A DNA stretch of 64,000 nucleotides from Macrostomum hystrix (taxonomy: Eukaryota > Animalia > Platyhelminthes). Position numbers and translations under genes: made by a program. Of the stretch, positions 1-11,423 are shown in pieces. How positions within the stretch are numbered: position 1 is the stretch's first letter; every line of letters starts with the position of its first letter. The stretch is from assembly GCA_950097015.1 (NCBI GenBank), contig CATNEN010000031.1:2728001-2792000 (forward strand). The letters are read 5' to 3'. The notes beneath the pieces were generated by a model. That model searched no databases. It saw only the letters and a program-made list of their open reading frames with translations, and was not told the origin of the DNA.

Positions 1-213
1 GATGGATGATAGATAGTTAGATGATAGATATAGATGACAGATAGATAGATAGATGATAGATAGATAGATGGATAGATAGATGATAGATAGATAGATGGAT
101 GATAGATAGTTAGATGATAGATATAGATGATAGATAGATAGATAGATGATAGATAGTTAGATGATAGATATAGATAGATAGATAGATAGATAGCTGGATA
201 GATAGACAGATAG
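1..213. repeat. (GATA)n-type microsatellite, imperfect
   Basis: Runs of gata/gatagat from the window start to about 213. Confidence 0.95.
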
Positions 214-1871
214 CATGTGGCAGTGACACGTAATAGATTGTAATATTCGGTCACTAAAAACTATCTATAATGACAAATGTCAGAGAGTAAAGCCAGCTAG
301 GTGAAAGTGGATTGCGTTGTCAGTTAAGTAAGCAAAACATGTTATGACAATGCTAAAGATAAAGTATAAAGCGAGACATGAAAGAGCAAAGTAGTTGGTA
401 CATGATCCCATGACGGAGAATTTGTAACTAACTAAGAATTTATAAGAGGTCACCCGCGTATGTGAGAAGCAGCTGCAACAATCCGCTTATTAATTATTAA
501 AGCCATTATACTACCCAGAGTGGAATAGCAAAGGTGCGGCAGCTTGAAGCTTGAAGGGGAAATTTATAGATCCTCACGGTGACGCAGGATGTGGTTGCTC
601 TCCTCTGAGCGTCTCAACCCTATGATTTACGCCGGCAAGAACTGCCCGTGGAATGCTTGAGCATGCATTCTGAGCTTGAGTCCATATTCTCTGGGCGCAT
701 CATAAAATGCATCTCGTATTTATCTATTCGACGACTTAGCTTTGATGTCAAAAAATCCGGGACACTTCTAATTATAATAATCACAATCATATAGGCTTGG
801 TAATTAACGAAATCAAATCTGAGCACAGTTATTCTGAGAAGCCTTTGCCAGGCATTGGGCTGTGCAGTAAAGGATGGGATAGGAAGGGAGGATTTCAAGA
901 CAGATAGATATTCAATTAGTTTCCCGCAACCTCGCCTGCAAATGATACATTTTAGGACTATTTCCCGTTGCAGTGCGATAGTCAGAGAGAATAAAAGGAC
1001 TCTGTAGGAGTGGCGCCATCGATTTGGGATTTGGGAAAAAACTGAGACGAACCACAATGCAACAGCCGAGCCGAGCGTGACTTGCCATTTGAGCACGCAA
1101 TTTGAGCACTGCTTGTTTCCATGCTGCCTCTTTGTCCACTTTTTATTCGAGTCTCCGAGCAGATTTCCAGGAATGCTGACAAGTTTTGAGCTAGCTCGCC
1201 TCTATGTTTCTATCATCTAACTCTGCTATGAAGTATTTTAGAGAACTAGTCTGTCTCACCTCCCCATGTCTCCATGACAGAGCCTGGGTGGCTCCTTTTG
1301 AAGCGGCAAACCTCCGCCCCCCGCCATGGAGAAAAGCTACTTTCGCAATGACGAGCCGTCGGCTCATGCGGCATGCAGACAGGCGCCTCGGCAAAACTGT
1401 CAAAGGCAGAGACGGACAGACGGAGAGCCGAGATAAAAAAAAGAAAAAAGGAGAGAATGCGAGATGAGCGTCTCTGACAGGGAGGTGGGGCGCAGTTAAA
1501 GCAGACTATCTGGCATTGGCTGCAGATGGGATGCATTGTGAAACACATGGGTGAGGGTTTAGGGGAGAAGAATTATCCTCTCTCTCTCTCTCTCTACGCT
1601 GGCTGGGACGAGCTGTGAGCGAAGATTGAGATTAGACTAGAAGGGTTGGCGGCTTTGAGGCTGTTTGGCTAGCGATGAGGCGGAGGGATTTATAAATGAT
1701 CCAAGATCGGGCGCGTTGGGATGCGACCGACTGAGCGCAAATAATTGTTTGCAAGCTTTCTTCATCTGTGGCTACTTTCTTTTTTTCTAACCCCGCTGCA
1801 GCCGCTGTGAAATCAATCAACTATAGACTACGCGCACAACAGTACCTACGCGCCCAATACTGCCAACAACA

Positions 1872-3227
1872 ATGTTACTGCCAACCAGCTGTCAGGATAG
1901 AGAGAAAGAGATCAACGACACCGAGAGTCAAAAGTCCGGAAGGAGTCTGCGAAAGGTGAGTCTGATTGCTGAGTCACGTTAAATAATATTTGTGATTATT
2001 GCAGGAGGGCTGCAGGCAACGACACACCATTTGGTGACACTAGACCCGCAGCCAGCGAGGAGGCAATACTGCCCATTTCGCTGACTCCTGAGCACACACG
2101 CACAAGGATACTGTACGCAGGCACACGCTCACACAGGTGTGTACATCTGCCCTGACTTTCTTATCGTCACGCAGTGTACACTTTCACTTGTGTCTTTGAG
2201 GTTGGCTCTCAAGGGCGTCAATTGCACGACAAGCCCCTAAGCCTTCTCTCCGCGGCTGCTTCCCAAATTAAAGTGTCTTCGCCGCGGATTCGAGCTCAGG
2301 GACTTTGGCGCGTCCCTGAACTCAAACTCTCTTAAACGCGTTAACCGCTCTGTCAAACCCCAGTGAGTAATAATGAATCATTTTGAATTGTGTGTTGCGC
2401 ACATTCTGAAAAAAACAATTAAGTAGCAACCTCTACAGAACGTCGAGATATTCAACGATTTTGACATCGTCAAATTTTGAAAAGGCCACATTTTCCCCTA
2501 AGCGCTAAAGGCTTCAGTACACCCCTGTACGCCAATCAGCATCTCAGTACAGTTTTGCAAAGCGTTCAGTTTGTCAATCACATCTACTGCATCATCAGGG
2601 CATTCAAAGTCACTGTAGTGTCCCCTGACCCAGAGGTCCCCTAACGGGCTGTCCCCTCCCCTGATAATAGGCGGAAAAGTAGCTAGTATTCCTACTGTTA
2701 AATTGACATCCAAGAATTGTACAGCAGATTAGCTCCAACAATTCTCCCTTATTCTTTCTGAATATCGGAAAACCCAGGCCATCCTGACAGCGGGCAGGTC
2801 GGCACTGCTCTGCCTACGCGTTGGCAATTCTTCAATACAGCTATCTGATAACGATCGTCAAGAGCTGGTGGTGGCCCATCGCTACCTGTGGATCTGTGCG
2901 GCGGCCCTTACCCTACTGGTGGTGACAGCCGTCAACCTACTGCCGCGCAAGTTCAACTTTCCCATACACCCGTCTGTCATCCTGCTAACTGTGCCTGCAG
3001 CCGTGTGCATCATCGGCATCGTCACCGGCTGCTGCCTGCACGCCAGAGTCTATCAAAGGAACTGTCGCAGAGAGAGCGGCAACTACGGCTTTTACTGCTG
3101 CTGCGGTGGCGGCGGCGTCGGGGGCGGATTAGCAAGAGGACCGGACCAAGACGGCTACCTGCTGCAGCCGATGAATCGGAATAGCGCGGTGCCGCGCGAC
3201 ACACAGGAAAGTCTGGCCGATGTCTGA
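1872..3227 (+). CDS. Putative 156-aa two-transmembrane protein of unknown family, 2 exons
   Basis: Exon 1 is 1872-1955 (acaacaATG...AAG|GTGAGT, 28 codons, phase 0). Exon 2 is 2841-3227 (ttcttcaatacag|CTA, open to TGA). Two hydrophobic segments (YLWICAAALTLLVVTAVNLL; VILLTVPAAVCIIGIVTGCCL) are followed by a Cys/Gly-rich tail. No homologue recognised. Confidence 0.55.
1995..2361 (-). mobile_element. tRNA-derived SINE, family A, copy 1 (intronic)
   Basis: Aligns by eye to 23255-23649 and 37724-38050. The minus strand has a tRNA-like head with a B-box-like GAGCTCGAATCC and an (ATT)-type 3' end. Confidence 0.8.
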
Positions 3228-4225
3228 TATGCAGCCTCTGCTGATTTCTGAATTCAACAAGAAATAATCATTCCAATAGAAAAGTTGACGACGATTCGAA
3301 CGACAACTTTTATGCCTCCTTCGCTGTCTGCCTGTCCGTCTGTCAGTTGTCCATTCATTTACGTCTTGCATATTGCATTGGCCTCTAAAAGATTCATTAT
3401 GCTTTTGTATTTTCATGGCTAACTCAGCGCTCATGCAATGGAATTTGCGTCACTATTGCGCAGCAAGCAGGAGGAATTGTGAAACAGGTCCGGATAAACC
3501 ATTTGTACCTGTGGTACAATTGCATCAAGAACTCATTCTGTGCTCAGTGTAGGGTAAGCCATAGTATAGTTATTATAAGTTGCTTATTTTTTCTTACTAA
3601 ACCTTATTTCTTAACCCGATGCGAAGCCATTGTGCAGCCTGTACCACAGATTGATCTTATATCTGCAACACTTACTTAATCGGAAGAAAATAGATTGCAT
3701 GTATTTTATTTTGACTCTATGTATTCCGATTTCAAATGGGCTTAACCATAGGACTTTGAAGGCCAATCATTTTGTCTATGGCCTAAAGGGGATCTCCGAA
3801 TACTAGTGTATAGTATAGAAATGAGTACACCTTTACTCGCTCTATTTTGTCAAATGTGCAACTAGTATTCGAAAGTGCACGAAAAACAAGCTTGGATAAA
3901 AAACTCACAGACAGTCTATGGCCAAAAGGGTGGGTTTTCGTACCATGTACAATAGCAAGAGCTATGTTCAAAACGGAATGGACTTTTGGAACATCTCTCG
4001 TACATCCACTCAACGCACGAGGCAAAGCAAAGTCTATGGCCAAAGCTACGGCCAAACGTTCGATAAAATTATGCATATGCGAATACTGTCGAATAGGATT
4101 GAAAAGTGTCTGAATTGATTGGACTTATCACAGTCTGAGCTATAGACGAAGTATCCGTACTCGCTTAATCTAGCCCACTGTCGATTGCACATATGACAAA
4201 ATAGAACGAGAAAATGTGTATAATA

Positions 4226-5795
4226 TACCTTTTCAAATTCGGATTCGTCAAAAGTGACTTCGAATTCATCAGCGTATATAAAACTATAGAGCGCTCAAGG
4301 GAATGAGAAGAGGTGTCTATGGTCTATGGTGTCTATGGTGTCTATTCAAGAAAGTGACTTCGAATTCGTCAAAGTAAGTGAAATTCGTCAGTGCAAAAGC
4401 AGCCTGATCAGAAAGTGTCTTCGCTTTGTCTATGGCAAGAAAGCAAAGTGCCCAGTGTAAATTTAAGCGAGAAAGTGAGTGAAATTCGTCTATGTAAAAT
4501 AAGTCAGCAATCTTTCATTACTCATTTCCTGCTCTTGTCAGAGATGCCATATTTGAGAATTTCGTCTGTGGATCGCTCTAGACTCGTGCGATGTTTTCAA
4601 CAGGGACGAGACTGGAGACTTCTCGCAGTTGAACTGGACATCAAGAGGACGACTGCCAATGACATTATCAGAAGATATGTAGATGAAGATAGGATTGATC
4701 TTAACGCGCGTGGAGGTGTGGTGAGACCAAAGTTCACTGAGGAGATGCTCGAGGCATTGACGCGGTACGTGGAGCTTGTGGCAGACTTTCCTGCTGCTCC
4801 TGTCGTGACAACGCAGGCAATTAGTCGTCGGCTTGACTGGACTTTGTGCATTACATTGAAAGATGTACGGCGGGTTCACGGAGATTGGAATAGTGACGTG
4901 ACAAAATAAGCTAGATTACTTTCTACACATGACCTGGATGCTAGAAACTGGACTGCTTGTAAGGAATTTAATCTAAGTAGATGAGTGTGGGTGCAACCTA
5001 TGGACGGCACGAACTAAAGGATGGGCAGATTTTGGCAATCGCGCAGTAATGATTGCGAATTCGCAGCGTGAGCACAATCTGACGGTAGCACTTGCTGTTA
5101 GCCCACAGTTGGGCCTGGTCCACCACCGCATCTTTGTTGGTGGCTTTACAGCAGAGAGGTTTCGTGAGTTTATGATTGAAGTCGGGACCCTTGTTGATGA
5201 CGAGTTCACGGTACTTGCTGACAACGCCAGGGCACATGGAGTCGTGAATTTTGGGCGTCCCGACCAAAGGCTTCAGTTTCTTCCACCTTACTCGCCTTTC
5301 TTGAACGCCACTGAAATGGCAATTTCTTGCATGAAGGCGGCCCTGAAACGGCGCATGACCGACCCTGATGTTGTCTTTGAAGTGCAGGATCGTCAGGCGG
5401 CTGTAGCAGCAGGTGAGACACTTCAGAACCGGCGTCTTCGCATTTTGAGTCGAGAAGTGGAAGATGCGATGGTTGCGATCAAGGAGGAGAAATACCAACA
5501 ATGGCACGAATTCACACTTCGGTACGGACCGCGGTGTCTGCCACACGGAGACATCTTGGACTGATTACAGTGTGTTAACCTGTTCAAGCGACTTTAAAGC
5601 GTGATTTTATGCGTCTGTTTTCCTGTTGTGTTTGTTTAGTTGCTGTTTTACTTCACGATTGACAATATATACTGGTTGCACTTTCTCGAAAGAAATTACC
5701 ACAGACACCCCTTCTCATTCCCTTGAGCGCTCTATAGTTTCATATACGCTGACGAATTCGAAGTCAATTTTGACGAATCCGAAGTTGAAAAGGTA
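4226..5795 (+). mobile_element. IS630-Tc1-mariner DNA transposon, decayed copy
   Basis: Imperfect ~93-bp TIRs (4226-4318 and 5703-5795) flanked by TA on both sides, enclosing a transposase pseudogene. Confidence 0.9.
4544..5564 (+). pseudogene. Tc1/IS630-like DDE transposase pseudogene
   Basis: N-terminal HTH-like region from ATG 4544. A frameshift near 4900-4910 and a TAA at 4974-4976 precede VDECG. The catalytic motifs DNARAH and FLPPYSPFLNATE follow in frame. Confidence 0.85.
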
Positions 5796-6969
5796 TAGTT
5801 AGTTGGGATAGAAATTTGGCTGGGTTCCCAGTCCTAGTTTCTCCACAGACTCAACAGCTGTACACAGCAATGGCTGTGCCACTACCACTAGCTGACCTAC
5901 TACTGACAGGCACCCGAGAATTGGCCCATAGACTATTTTTAAAAGCAAAACAAATCAGCAACAACACACGGTTATTGGAAAGCTACAAAGCAGTTTTCTG
6001 TGTAAGCCAGATTCTGTCACCCGGTAGAGAAACTGTTGATTAGATAGCAGGCAAAACATTCAATAACAGGGCCTAGAAAAAAAAACAGGGAGACAATGTG
6101 ATAAGAGGCAACGACAGAGGGGCGGGAGAAAAATATTTAACATTCCTATCCCATTGAAAGCCCGTTGCCAGCATTGCATTATACAGTTCAGAAGTGCAAA
6201 TGAATAAATAAGCGAAAAGCCTGCATTAAAAAACATGTTTTCCTAGCCGATTGCTTTAGCATTATACTAGCCCAGTTCTCAATTACTGTATAGTCGGTGC
6301 AGGTGCACCAAGGCTAGTGTTTTCATCGGCGCGCTACAATACTTGTTGACAAGCAAGTGCAAATTCATTAGTGTCATACAAGGCAGACACCTGAGCAATG
6401 GGGAGTACAGGAACCACTGCCAATTGCCTCCCCTGTGGCTATCTTGGTAAAAGCAAACACTTGCAGGCAATACCTGTTGTAATACAGACTCACCTGCGGA
6501 TAGAGCGGTACTTTGAGCTGCCCACTCGAGAATCAATTGTACGGGAAGGCCTTGCTTCTATTTATTCTATTTTGTCTCGCCATGTTGGAGTAAAAATCCC
6601 AGAATCTCAACTATGAATTTCGATTCCACACATGTTTCTATCAGGGACTCGGAAAATATATAACCAGAGAATAGAAATGAAACCTAGCCCAGTTGGGCCA
6701 GGTGTAGGCGCCCAACTCGCCCACCTGATTCTGTTACCAATTTTACAGCCGTGTAACTGAAGCAAATATCAAATGCCTTGCTTAATGGACAAAAAAGGCT
6801 ACATTTTTTGGAATTAAGATTCGAACTAAGGAACTCGAATCGGTCAGAAGTCCACACTCTGAAGCTCTAGCTACCGGGGTAAAGACAATCTACCCGAAAA
6901 AAGGAAAATTTAATAAATTATTATTACCCCTCATACAATCCAGCGATCTGATACCAAGTATTCGCCGGG

Positions 6970-7997
6970 ATCCCAATCGGTAAATATATCTGATCCAAAT
7001 CGGTAAACAACCCCGATCCCAATTCATAAAAATATTTGATCCCACTCGATTAACATTCCTCACACCAATAAAAAATATGCCTGATTTCAATCGATAAATA
7101 TCCTTGATCCCAATCGATAAATATCTCAGATCCCAATCGATAAATATCCTTGATCCCAATCGATAAATATCCCTGATCCAATCGATTAATATACTTTATT
7201 CCAATCGATAAATAACCCTGACTCCAATCAATAAATATCCCTGATCCCAATTGATAAATATGCTTGATCCTAATCGATAAATATACATGATCCCAATCGA
7301 TTAAGATACTTTATCCCAATCGATAAATATCCCTGATCAAATTCATAATGTGTCACGCTTAATTTGATCCCTGATCAAATAACACTGATCCCACTTATAA
7401 ATATCCCTTATCCCAATCGATAAATATCCCTGATCCCAATCGATAAATATCCATGATCCCAATCGATAAATATCCATGATCCCAATCGATAAATATCCAT
7501 AATCAAATAACACTGATCCCATTCATAAATATCTCTGATCCTAATCGATAAATATCCCTGATCCCAATCAATAAATATCATAGATCCCAATCGATACATA
7601 TCCCTGATCAAATAACACTGATCCCATTCATAAATATCTCTGATCCCAATCGATAAATATCCCTGATCCCAATCAATAAATATCATAGATCCCAATCGAT
7701 AAATATCCCTGATCAAATAACACTGATCCCATTCATAAATATCTCTGATCCCAATCGATAAATATCCCTGATCCCAATCAAAAATATCTCTGATCCCAAT
7801 CGATTAATATCTCTGATCAAATAACCCTGATCCCATTCATAAATATCTCTGATCCCAATCGATAAATATCCCTTATCCCAATCGATAAATATCCCTGATC
7901 CCAATCGATAAATATCCCTGATCAAATAACACTGATCCCATTCATAAATATCTCTGATCCCAATCGAGAAATATTTCCGATCCCATCAGATAAATAT
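6970..7997. repeat. Degenerate ~23-bp minisatellite (gatcccaatcgataaatatccct)
   Basis: About 40 imperfect copies with interspersed 17-bp variants. It explains the repetitive minus-strand ORFs here. Confidence 0.9.
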
Positions 7998-8375
7998 CCA
8001 GTATATTACTCGTAAGTATCAAAGATGCCCCAATCAAATCAAGGTATCAGGTTTGTAAGACGTGTTCCACTGCTGTAATCTCAACTAATTTCATAAAACA
8101 CAACACGAGCCTAATCTAGGCAACGTCAAAGATGACAAAATTTGAAGCCAAAATAAGTCTGAGAAATGACGTAAAACACGCAAAATATAAGAAGATTAGA
8201 CTCATCAAATAGCCATTGTATTTACCCTTCTGATGAACGCAAAATCATTAATCGTTAATCAAGATTTTGATAGGAGAAAATCGTAAAAAAACGACACACA
8301 AAGGAAAGGGAAATTATACATTTGAGGATAACATCAATTCACTACTACTCAATCTACTCAATTTTCAATCTTAAA

Positions 8376-9146
8376 ATCGCTCTTGTAATCTATCCTTGGA
8401 TTATGAAGGGATAGAGTTTTCTATCTAAAAACCGCTCTTGTAATCTATCCTTGGATAATGAAGGGATAGAGTTTTCTATCTAAAAACCGCTCTTGTAATC
8501 TATCCTTGGATAATGAAGGGATAGAGTTTTCTATCTAAAAACCGCTCTTGTAATCTATCCTTGGATAATGAAGGGATAGAGTTTTCTATCTAAAAACCGC
8601 TCTTGTAATCTATCCTTGGATAATGAAGGGATAGAGTTTTCTATCTAAAAACCGCTCTTGTAATCTATCCTTGGATAATGAAGGGATAGAGTTTTCTATC
8701 TAAAAACCGCTCTTGTAATCTATCCTTGGATAATGAAGGGATAGAGTTTTCTATCTAAAAACCGCTCTTGTAATCTATCCTTGGATAATGAAGGGATAGA
8801 GTTTTCTATCTAAAAACCGCTCTTGTAATCTATCCTTGGATAATGAAGGGATAGAGTTTTCTATCTAAAAACCGCTCTTGTAATCTATCCTTGGAGAATG
8901 AAGGGATAGAGTTTTCTATCTAAAAACCGCTCTTGTAATCTATCCTTGGATAATGAAGGGATAGAGTTTTCTATCTAAAAACCGCTCTTGTAATCTATCC
9001 TTGGATAATGAAGGGATAGAGTTTTCTATCTAAAAACCGCTCTTGTAATCTATCCTTGGAGAATGAAGGGATAGAGTTTTCTATCTAAAAACCGCTCTTG
9101 TAATCTATCCTTGGAGAATGAAGGGATAGAGTTTTCTATCTAAAAT
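8376..9146. repeat. 55-bp minisatellite, ~14 copies
   Basis: Unit accgctcttgtaatctatccttggataatgaagggatagagttttctatctaaaa, near-identical head-to-tail copies with no spacers. Confidence 0.95.
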
Positions 9147-9384
9147 TGTTATTCTCTTAATTGCATTTAAATGAAACTAAATGCGATTAAAAAACAGCGG
9201 GAGTAATTATAACAATCCTTCGGACAGCTGGTTTATGCCTCGTCATCTAAGCAGACCATATGACTCTCTGACATGTCTGTTAGGAAAATGGCTGTCGAAT
9301 TTGTCGGACAAGCTGAAATTGGGTGCAAGAAATACGTGCGTTCTTCGCAAGTTTATATAGAGGCTAGGAAAACCTAAACCTAGG

Positions 9385-9776
9385 ACTAGAAGAAGAAGGA
9401 CGAAACACTTTGTTTCCTGGAAAATTTGTCATTAAATGTAGATTTTCAAGGAAAAATGCACTGGCGAGATAGGAACTTTTTCACTTTCTCAAATTAAAAT
9501 GCTGGTAACTTTTCTATTCTTTTGACATAATTTGACATAAACAAAAATAAAATAAAGAAATATTATTCATGAATGAAGCTTTCTAAAATTCGTTGAAGCA
9601 ACGTGTTTTGCAAGATATCTTAAAAGAACAGCGTTGGATCTGCTTCCAATAAAGGCTATCAAAATTAAAATGTGAAAGGTAGAAAAGTTCCAATCTCGCT
9701 AGTGCATTTTTCTGTGAAAATCAGCCTTTAATACATTTTCCAAGAAACGAAGTGTTCCGTCCTTCTTCTAGTGGTC
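9385..9776. mobile_element. Putative MITE with ~110-bp imperfect terminal inverted repeats
   Basis: The left end (ctagaagaagaaggacgaaacactttgtttcctggaaaat...gcactggcgagataggaactttt) is the imperfect reverse complement of the right end (aaaagttccaatctcgctagtgc...ttttccaagaaacgaagtgttccgtccttcttctag). A related fragment lies near 24606-24680. No clear TSD. Confidence 0.6.
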
Positions 9777-11164
9777 ACTGACCTAAACATGTAGCGAAAA
9801 CATTTCTATGGCCAAGACTGATTGCTGATCCAAATAAGTTTGCTAGGCAAACACAGTACAAAATATCGAAAACTTCTATTGGCTGAGGGTAGTCACGTGA
9901 CCTGGCTTGCAGTTAGTTTAAAATGGAAAAACTTTTCTCTTAATCTAAAATACTGGCTGATATTAGTCACGTGATCGGGTTGGGGTTAGGAAAAGGGGTT
10001 TCCTAAAATCTAAAAATAGAAACAATGAGATTGATTTGCCAACCAAGAATTAAATGTCGGTTACCGACGTTAGAGGTTAATGCTGTATCCTAGTTGAGAA
10101 TTCCATGGGCCGTAGTCGTAGTCATAGTCTTGATTTCCGCAAAACTTGTTTCATCCTAACGAGACATTGGTCGCGAACAAACACAATAGTTTGTACTTGC
10201 ATAAGTCATTTAGTTAGGGGTACTAAAGCATATTACTGCTCGCCGTTGTTTGGTACTGCCTAACTTGGCATTCTATTTAAATTATGATAAAAGTTTCTGT
10301 CTCTAACCAATAGCTTTTTAGTAAAAGAACAATTGAAGTCAAGATAGAACAAAGATTATTACTTTAAACAGAGACACATAAAGTAATACAGCTTTCAATC
10401 GATAAGCATTCATGTAGGTTTTATATTTTCAGCACAGAAAGGAGCTCATATAAAATCAATATATTCAATGATTTGAGTTGAAAGGACTATAGAATAATTA
10501 TTAAACTCTTTCATACGACACTAACAGAATTCTTGACTAGCGAGATTATTTCTTTCAACAAATGAATCGACAAATCAATGTGAAGTACAATTCTCAGATT
10601 TATATGAATACAAAATTAATATGGAATAATGCGAAAAGCTGGGCTTCAAAACGTCAAACTCTCTTAAATCGATTGGTCAACAATGATCCATTCTTGAGCT
10701 CACAAAGAATCTATTTAGTTTTTAATGTGAAACACAACTGATTGCACAACAACAAGAAACTGTCAAGGCTGATTTGTTCGATAATAAAAGTTCATAATAA
10801 ATTGAAGCAAAACAGCGCAACAATGCTTAGATAACAGATCAGGTCTAGGGTTGGAATCCAAGGTCTGGCTCGTCGGGACGCTTGAGGGTCTAGAAGAGTA
10901 GACTCAACTTCCATTTTCACCGATAAGAAAGAGTAGAGAATTAGGAGAGAGAAGCAGAGACGACCGATGAAAGTAGAGAAAAAGAGAGAGGACAGAGTCT
11001 GTTATTTTGTAAAGCAAATACATTTCTACATACAGATAAAACTAATTTCGGACAGTCCTATAAGGACATCTAGCTAAATAGGCTACATTCAATCATCTTA
11101 TTCGATGTAGATAATGTCAAAGATCAGATGCCAATCAGTGCCATTGCTGAAATAAACCTTGGAA

Positions 11165-11384
11165 GGTTGTAGCCTAGTGGTTAGAGCGTAGGACTCACGA
11201 CTAGAGGGTCGGGGGTTCGATTCCCGACTCCACTGGAACACAATGTGTCCCTTAGCAAGGCAATTCACTCTGAATGGGTAACTGAGGGTGGGCGTGGCGT
11301 CCCACATCAGTCCATGGACTGAACAGCCGTACGCAGCCTTTAGCTGCGGTTGTGCTGTCGGCTGCACATCTGACCCAATTAGGA
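11165..11384 (+). mobile_element. tRNA-derived SINE, family B (CORE-like), just 3' of the NKRF-like stop codon
   Basis: A-box tagcctagtggtt and B-box ggttcgattcc, then tgtgtcccttagcaaggcaattcactct (resembles the SINE CORE domain from memory), a 16-bp palindrome, and a 3' end shared with about 14000-14040 and 56730-56815. Confidence 0.75.
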
Positions 11385-11423
11385 ATTTCAGACGAAAAAT
11401 TCGTCAAACACAACACCAGTAAA

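Noticed and set aside
576-1200. Short minus-strand ORFs and a possible exon near the window start
   Set aside because: No recognisable protein motif and no supportable multi-exon model.
4226-5795. Bacterial IS630 or horizontal-transfer interpretation of the transposon
   Set aside because: IS630-like motifs are common in eukaryotic ITm families and the long TIRs fit a eukaryotic element. This cannot be argued without a phylogeny.
6814-6880. Faint tRNA-like head on the minus strand (agttcgaatc B-box-like motif)
   Set aside because: Too degenerate, with no second copy or SINE body to confirm it.
8376-9146. CRISPR-like appearance of the 55-bp array (also the 46-bp, 43-bp and 53-bp arrays)
   Set aside because: The units are contiguous with no unique spacers, no cas genes are present, and the context is eukaryotic and often intronic.
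11165-11235. Possible functional tRNA gene
   Set aside because: A and B boxes are present, but the anticodon and acceptor stems do not pair, there is no oligo-T terminator, and the sequence continues into a SINE body found elsewhere in the window.
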